From Azolla caroliniana (Eukaryota; Plantae; Polypodiophyta): a DNA stretch of 24,820 nucleotides. The position numbers and the translations under genes are program-made. The stretch spans positions 1 to 24,820 of the forward strand of contig JBHGNT010000451.1 of NCBI GenBank assembly GCA_043228905.1. The letters are read 5' to 3'. The notes beneath the pieces were generated by a model that searched no databases, was not told the DNA's origin, and saw only the letters and a list, made by a program, of their open reading frames with translations. Of this stretch, positions 19,866 through 24,820 are shown piece after piece. Position 1 is the stretch's first letter. Every line of letters begins with the position of its first letter.

Positions 19866-22800
19866 TTATGTTTGGTTGGTCAACTCTGCGCCTTGGGGTT
19901 CATCGAGGCCAGCGGGGCGTGATTCGAGTGTTGTTGCAATGAGGTTCTCAGACCTCACCCCATTTCCCGTTTGGAAGGAGACGATGTGCTTCCTGGGCAA
20001 TAGGAGACATTCGCTTATGTGACACCAATCTAGACCGAGGAGGCATTGTGTGTACATCACTTTGGGTGGGAGTACTCGAACTCGAATTGAGTGGTCATTG
20101 TATTCTGTCTTGATGTTACACACGAAGGTTCCAAGGCAGCATGATGTGAAACCATCGAAGCCACGGATATTGTCGTTGCACACTTCGAGGTCTAGGCAAC
20201 CTAGATGTCCCCATGTTTCGAAGGAGAAAAGGTTTAGTGATGCTCATGTGTCGATTATCGTTGTCAAAGGTATGTCGTCGATGCAACACTGTAGTTGTAT
20301 TGCACCTTCATTAGAGTTGACCACCTTAGCCATGGCTGCTGGATGGGTGTGCCCTTGTCGCTTCAATTTCGCATTGTGAAGGTCGGTTTCGAGCCGGGCC
20401 ATTCGGCCTTCGGAGGCCTTAAGTTTGGCTTCTACTTCTCGTTGCCAAGCTGCGAGTAGAGCCTCGAGGGTGAGGGGTCCGTAGTAACGTTTGAGCTTGC
20501 TCCCATTGATGAATCCGGGGATGTCGAGGCCTTCGAGCGTGTGTAGGCGACATGCTCCTATCTTGGTAATCTCTAAGACCACATATGGGCCGTCACCACG
20601 TAATTTAAGCTTCTTCTTGGGTCGTTGAGAGGCGAATTTGAGGGCCATGTCTCCTTCAGCGAGATCTTTGTTCCTTACTTTATTGTCGTGCCACACCTTT
20701 CTATTGGCTTTCTCTACCAAGAGTGCTTGGAATGTGAGAAGGCAAGTTTTGGTCAGCCGTTCTAGGTTCTCTAGATGTGACGGGAGGGGGTCCCCATCCC
20801 ATCGTTCTTGTACAGCTATCCTGAGGTTGGGGACCAGGAACTCGATGGATAATACTGCTTCTTGTCCATACACTAGTTTGAATGGTGTGTGGCGAGTTGC
20901 GACTTTGTAGGAAGTACGGAAAGCCCATAACGCCGCTTGGAGTTTGGTGCTCCAATCAGACCGTGAGGCGGCGATTATCTTTGTGAGCACTGCACATAAC
21001 ACCTTATTCGTGCTTTCCGCTTGTCCATTGCATCAAGGGTAATAAGGAGACCTCTTGCGGTGTGTCACCATAAATTCGCCTAGTAGATGTGCTATCACTT
21101 CGTTGAGGAAATGAGAGCCTTGATCGCTAATGATTTCGAGCGGACATCCAAACCGTGCTATGACATTTTCATATAGGAATTTGGCGGTGCTACGCGCGTC
21201 CGCTTTAACGCAAGCTTTAGCTTCTACCCACTTGGTAGCGTAGTCAGTGGCGGTTATTATGTATCGATTGAGGTTGGAAGCTGGGCTAATTGGGCCGATA
21301 AAGTCGATACCCCATTTCTCGAATGGTTGTCATGCCACCACCAGGTTTAACGTATTGAAATCCGCTTTTAGTGGGTGTTTGAAATATTGGCACTCGTCAC
21401 AACGGTGTACATACTCGTATGTGTCTTTGAAGAGTGTTGGCCACCATAGGCCGGACTGGAGGATCTTGCGCGCGGTGACCTCATGATTGAAATGACCACT
21501 TCCACTTCCGCAAAGAGCTTGTTCGAGGGTGGCGACGACATCGTGGTTTGTTACACACCTCCGAAGTAGATCGTCGTTACCACATCGGTACAAGTTGCCT
21601 CTGAGCATCGTGAAGGAGCCACATTTCTTTAACAAGACACGTGTGTGTGCCCAGGGTAGTTGTTTTAGGAAGGACGCTCCTTCAGTTAGGACGCGAACAA
21701 TGTTTGATGCCCATGCTGGTACGGTGTCGATCGTGAATAATGTTGCATCTGGTGTTTCATCATCGACCCTAGTGGCTTCTTCTCCGTTGGGTATCCGGGA
21801 TAAATGATCGGTTAGTACATGGTCTTTTCCTTTTCTCACCACTACCTTGAAGTCAAACTTGAGTAACGTTACGATCCATCGTGAGATGAGTCTGGTGGCA
21901 TGAGTTTTGTTTACCAAGTAGAGTAGGGCTTGATGATCTACAAAAAACGAGAACCGTGACGCCAAGAGGTAGTGGCGGAATTTTTTTACGCTGTAAACCA
22001 TGGCCAAAGCTTCTCGTTCCGTCGTGGAGTAATTTCGTTCCGTGGCGTTTAGTTGGTGACTAGCGAAGGTGATCGGCAGGTCGAGTGCCCCTTCGTCGGG
22101 TTGACCTAGCACTGCACCAATCGCGAAGGCGGAAGCGTCGGTGTGAACGTGGAATTCTTTGGTCCAATCTGGGGGCCGGAGGATGGGGGCCTTAGTTAGG
22201 CACTCTTTCAAGAGCTTGAAGGAGTGTGTGCATTTTTCTGTCCAAGCGTACTGCTTTAGTAGGGCGTAGAGCGGTCTGGCCTTGTCTGCGAACATCTTAA
22301 TGAAGTGTCTTTAGTAACCTGCGTATCCCATGAACCCTTGTAGTCATTTCTCGTTCGTGGGAGGTGGCATGTTGAGGATGAGTTTTACTTTTGCCTCATC
22401 GGTCGAGATCCCATGGCGGGACACAACGTGCCCTAATATTAATTCGTGCTTGACCCAGAACTAACACTTGAGTCGGTTGAGAGAGAGTTGATAGGCCCTG
22501 CATTTTTTGAACGTCAAGCGTAGTAGCGACAAGTGGTCATACCATTTCGAATGGTAGCATAAGCCGTCAACATAAGACTCCACCCCTTGTCGTAACCTTG
22601 CTGCGAAAATATGGTCCGCCGCTCTTTGGTAGGTGCTCAAGGCACTCGTGAGTCCAAAAGGCATCTGCTTATATGCGAACGTACCAAATTCGGTGGCGAA
22701 GGCGGTCTTGTGTTGATCCTCAGGTACCACCGAGATTTGGTTGTACCCCGAGAACCTGTCTATGAAGCTATAAGCTTCGGCTCCCGCGATTCTTTCGAGT

Positions 22801-24716
22801 AGATGCTCGATGTAGGGTACCGAGTAGTTGTCCTTGATGGTGTCTTCGTTAACTTGGCGATAGTCGACACATATGCAGATTTGGCCGTTTTTCTTCGGGA
22901 CGACTACAATCGGGGAGACCCAAGTAGTTCATTCGATCGGGTAGATGATGCCTGCAGCCAACATTTTGTTGATTTCGGCTTTTACTTGTTAGGCGTAGTT
23001 ACGGTTCATTGAGCGCGGCCTTTGCCGGATTGGGCGGGCGTCGGCTCGCATGGGGATACTATGGGTGACGACCTCAGCTAGGACCCCCTTCATATCGACG
23101 TACGACCATGCGAACACGTCGCTAAATTCTGTGAGGAGGGTGATCAAAGACGTCTCCTTGTCCGACTGGAGATTTGTGGCTATGAACACTGGTTTGGAGT
23201 CCGTCCCTTTCACGAGGTTGATTTCTTTCACCCTTGCTGGTCCATTGTAGACCTCTCCTAGGCTTTGAGGGGTGCGTTATGGTCTCTTACAAGCCATTGC
23301 CCAATTCTCTTGTTCATAAAGTTTGAATTGCTCTAGGAAGTCCACTTCTGTCGAGGTCTTCTGAGTGGTCGTGGCGTCACTTGGACGTGTGACTCATTGT
23401 GCTAGGTCTTCGTCCTTTACGTCTACTTGTTTTCGCTGGGGTACGAGGGTGGTGACGTTAATGCAAGAGATTATGTCTCCATCCTCGTGACAACACTTTG
23501 TACCTATAGGGTACATTGTGTCGCTCGTGGCGAGAGCGTGTACCCAATTCATCTCTGACGTCTCAGAAGCTATGGATTGGTCGTCTCTCTCTCTTACATT
23601 CTCCTCTTTGGAATTGGTGGGTTTTTGGGGGAATGGTTGGCCCCTAGCCAAAAGTTGAACTGTTTTTGTGGGGTTGCACGCTAGGAGGTTGGTCTCGAAC
23701 TCGGTGGTTTCTGACCAATCGTCCACGAGAGGGTTGCCTTCTTGTTCATGCACTTTTTGTATGTATGCTTTGATGCGGAAGGTTTTGTTGTCTTTACGCA
23801 TATAGATTATATCGTTCCCAAAATCCATTACCAGGCGGCTTATACGTAGGAATGGTCTTCCAAGTAAGTACTCGTAGGCCACATGGTTGGATGATCTTGT
23901 GACGACGAAGGTGAGATTGAACTCCACTCCATGGATAGTGAAGTGATGCACAGGGATCATTCCTTCCGGCCTTTGTATGGACCCATCTGCCATTTGTAGT
24001 TTGACATCTGAAGGAAGCATTTTTGGGCTCCCCCATTTACACCAACATTCGTAGTTGACGATACTTACCCCTACTCTGATGTCAATGATTGCGTCACACG
24101 TCTTACCATTGACACAGATGGGTAGAGTGAAACTAGTATCGTCGCTCTCGAAGTGAGCTTCGCGTATATCGATTGGTGGTCCTTCGGGTTGCTTGAGGAT
24201 TGTGGACGTATGAGGAGCATGGGTGTGTATCCTTTCGCCATACCCTGCTGATAAGCTACCATTGAGGCATCGAAGGACGTCGTGCCACGGTTGGATGTCA
24301 AGTTTGAGTAGTTATTCGAGCGTGAACTCTATCTCCTTGGCAAGTAGCGGTCGTAGTCGGGGGTTGTCGGCTACGAAGGTGCCAGTGTAGCTCTGCACTT
24401 CGCGTAATGTGAGTCGTAGTCTTAAATTTAAGATTTGCTGGAGCAAGGCTGTGTTGACCTCTTTGGTCAGGGTAGGATGGCAGGTGGGGGTGTCGATTGA
24501 TGTGACGACGGGGGGAGGTGAGGGGTTTACCCATTCTTCGAGTTGGTCAAAGTTTAAGCTTGGGGGACTAAGTGATTTTTCAAACTGTTCGTGGCGTATG
24601 AGTTTAATGTATTCTTCAACCTTTTGTTTCTTAGCTACTGGGTTTGGGTATGCCGTTAGGTGTGCTAGTAGCTCTAGGTTAGGGTTGACGGGTAATGTTT
24701 CTATGTCTCCTGTCAT
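19866..24716 (-). pseudogene. Gypsy pol (pre-PR region, PR, RT, RNase H, integrase, second protease-like domain); multiple stops and frameshifts
   Basis: PR 'DAIIDIRVGVSIV...LQMADGS...YLLGRPFL' (~23810-24130); RT 'VPKKNG..CVDYR..SGYNQI..MPFGL..YVDG' (~22300-22930); RH 'HTDASAFAIGAVLGQ..EREALA..VDHQAL' (~21800-22150); INT 'GHF..CDEC..PFEKWGIDFIGP..SDQGSHF..NGQAESTNK..GPY..NGSKLKRY' (~20480-21520). Confidence 0.93.
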
Positions 24717-24750
24717 GATATGGCAAGACTCGAACCATTAGACTATACAT

Positions 24751-24820
24751 TGTAATACGTAGAATATTATTTTCATTTATGTTTTATTATAGAAAATTGA
24801 TGTATATTCCAGATTTCTCT
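24751..24820. mobile_element. Possible start of another nested LTR at the window edge
   Basis: Abrupt switch from gypsy coding sequence to AT-rich sequence beginning TGTAATACG. Confidence 0.4.

Larger units (their letters stand above)
7460..24750 (-). mobile_element. Decayed non-chromoviral Ty3/gypsy LTR retrotransposon (Athila/Tat/Phygy-like, no additional archaeal-type RNase H seen) with extra ORFs; hosts two copia insertions; 5' part beyond the window
   Basis: PR-RT-RH-INT order on the - strand; PPT GGTTGGGGGGGGA at 7622-7634 followed by TG at 7621. The left boundary of the 3' LTR is unresolved (7460 is approximate). Confidence 0.85.

Noticed and set aside
20300-20480. Chromodomain after the integrase
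   Set aside because: No chromodomain aromatic-cage pattern (Y.V..I...YLVKW.G); the segment is a helical linker followed by a protease-like domain.

Overview
Eukaryotic land-plant nuclear DNA; a seed-free plant such as a fern is a guess, not established. Bases 1-3806 (-) carry a spliced mitochondrial-type FtsH4 i-AAA metalloprotease gene that runs off the left edge. It looks intact except for a frameshifting deletion of about 26 nt just after its HEGGH motif. A 93-bp Mutator-type MITE sits in its promoter. The rest of the window is a nest of LTR retrotransposons. (i) A 5'-truncated Ty1/copia fragment (RNase H plus LTR, + strand) flanked by a ~148-bp direct duplication. (ii) A large decayed non-chromoviral Ty3/gypsy element (- strand, ~7460-24750). 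(iii) Inside it, a full-length Tnt1/Tork-like copia (8243-13814, TSD AGTGG) and a solo LTR of the same family (18722-19578, TSD ACCTA). The gypsy host is the most unusual part. Its pol frame continues past the integrase into a second retropepsin-like aspartic protease domain and a W-x-P-K-motif tail. An array of palindromic 25-bp repeats and a splice acceptor follow, and then a ~4.2-kb additional ORF (PMD-like N-terminus, coiled coil, Pro-rich linkers) ending next to the PPT. All domain calls come from manual translation and motif recognition; no database searches were run.
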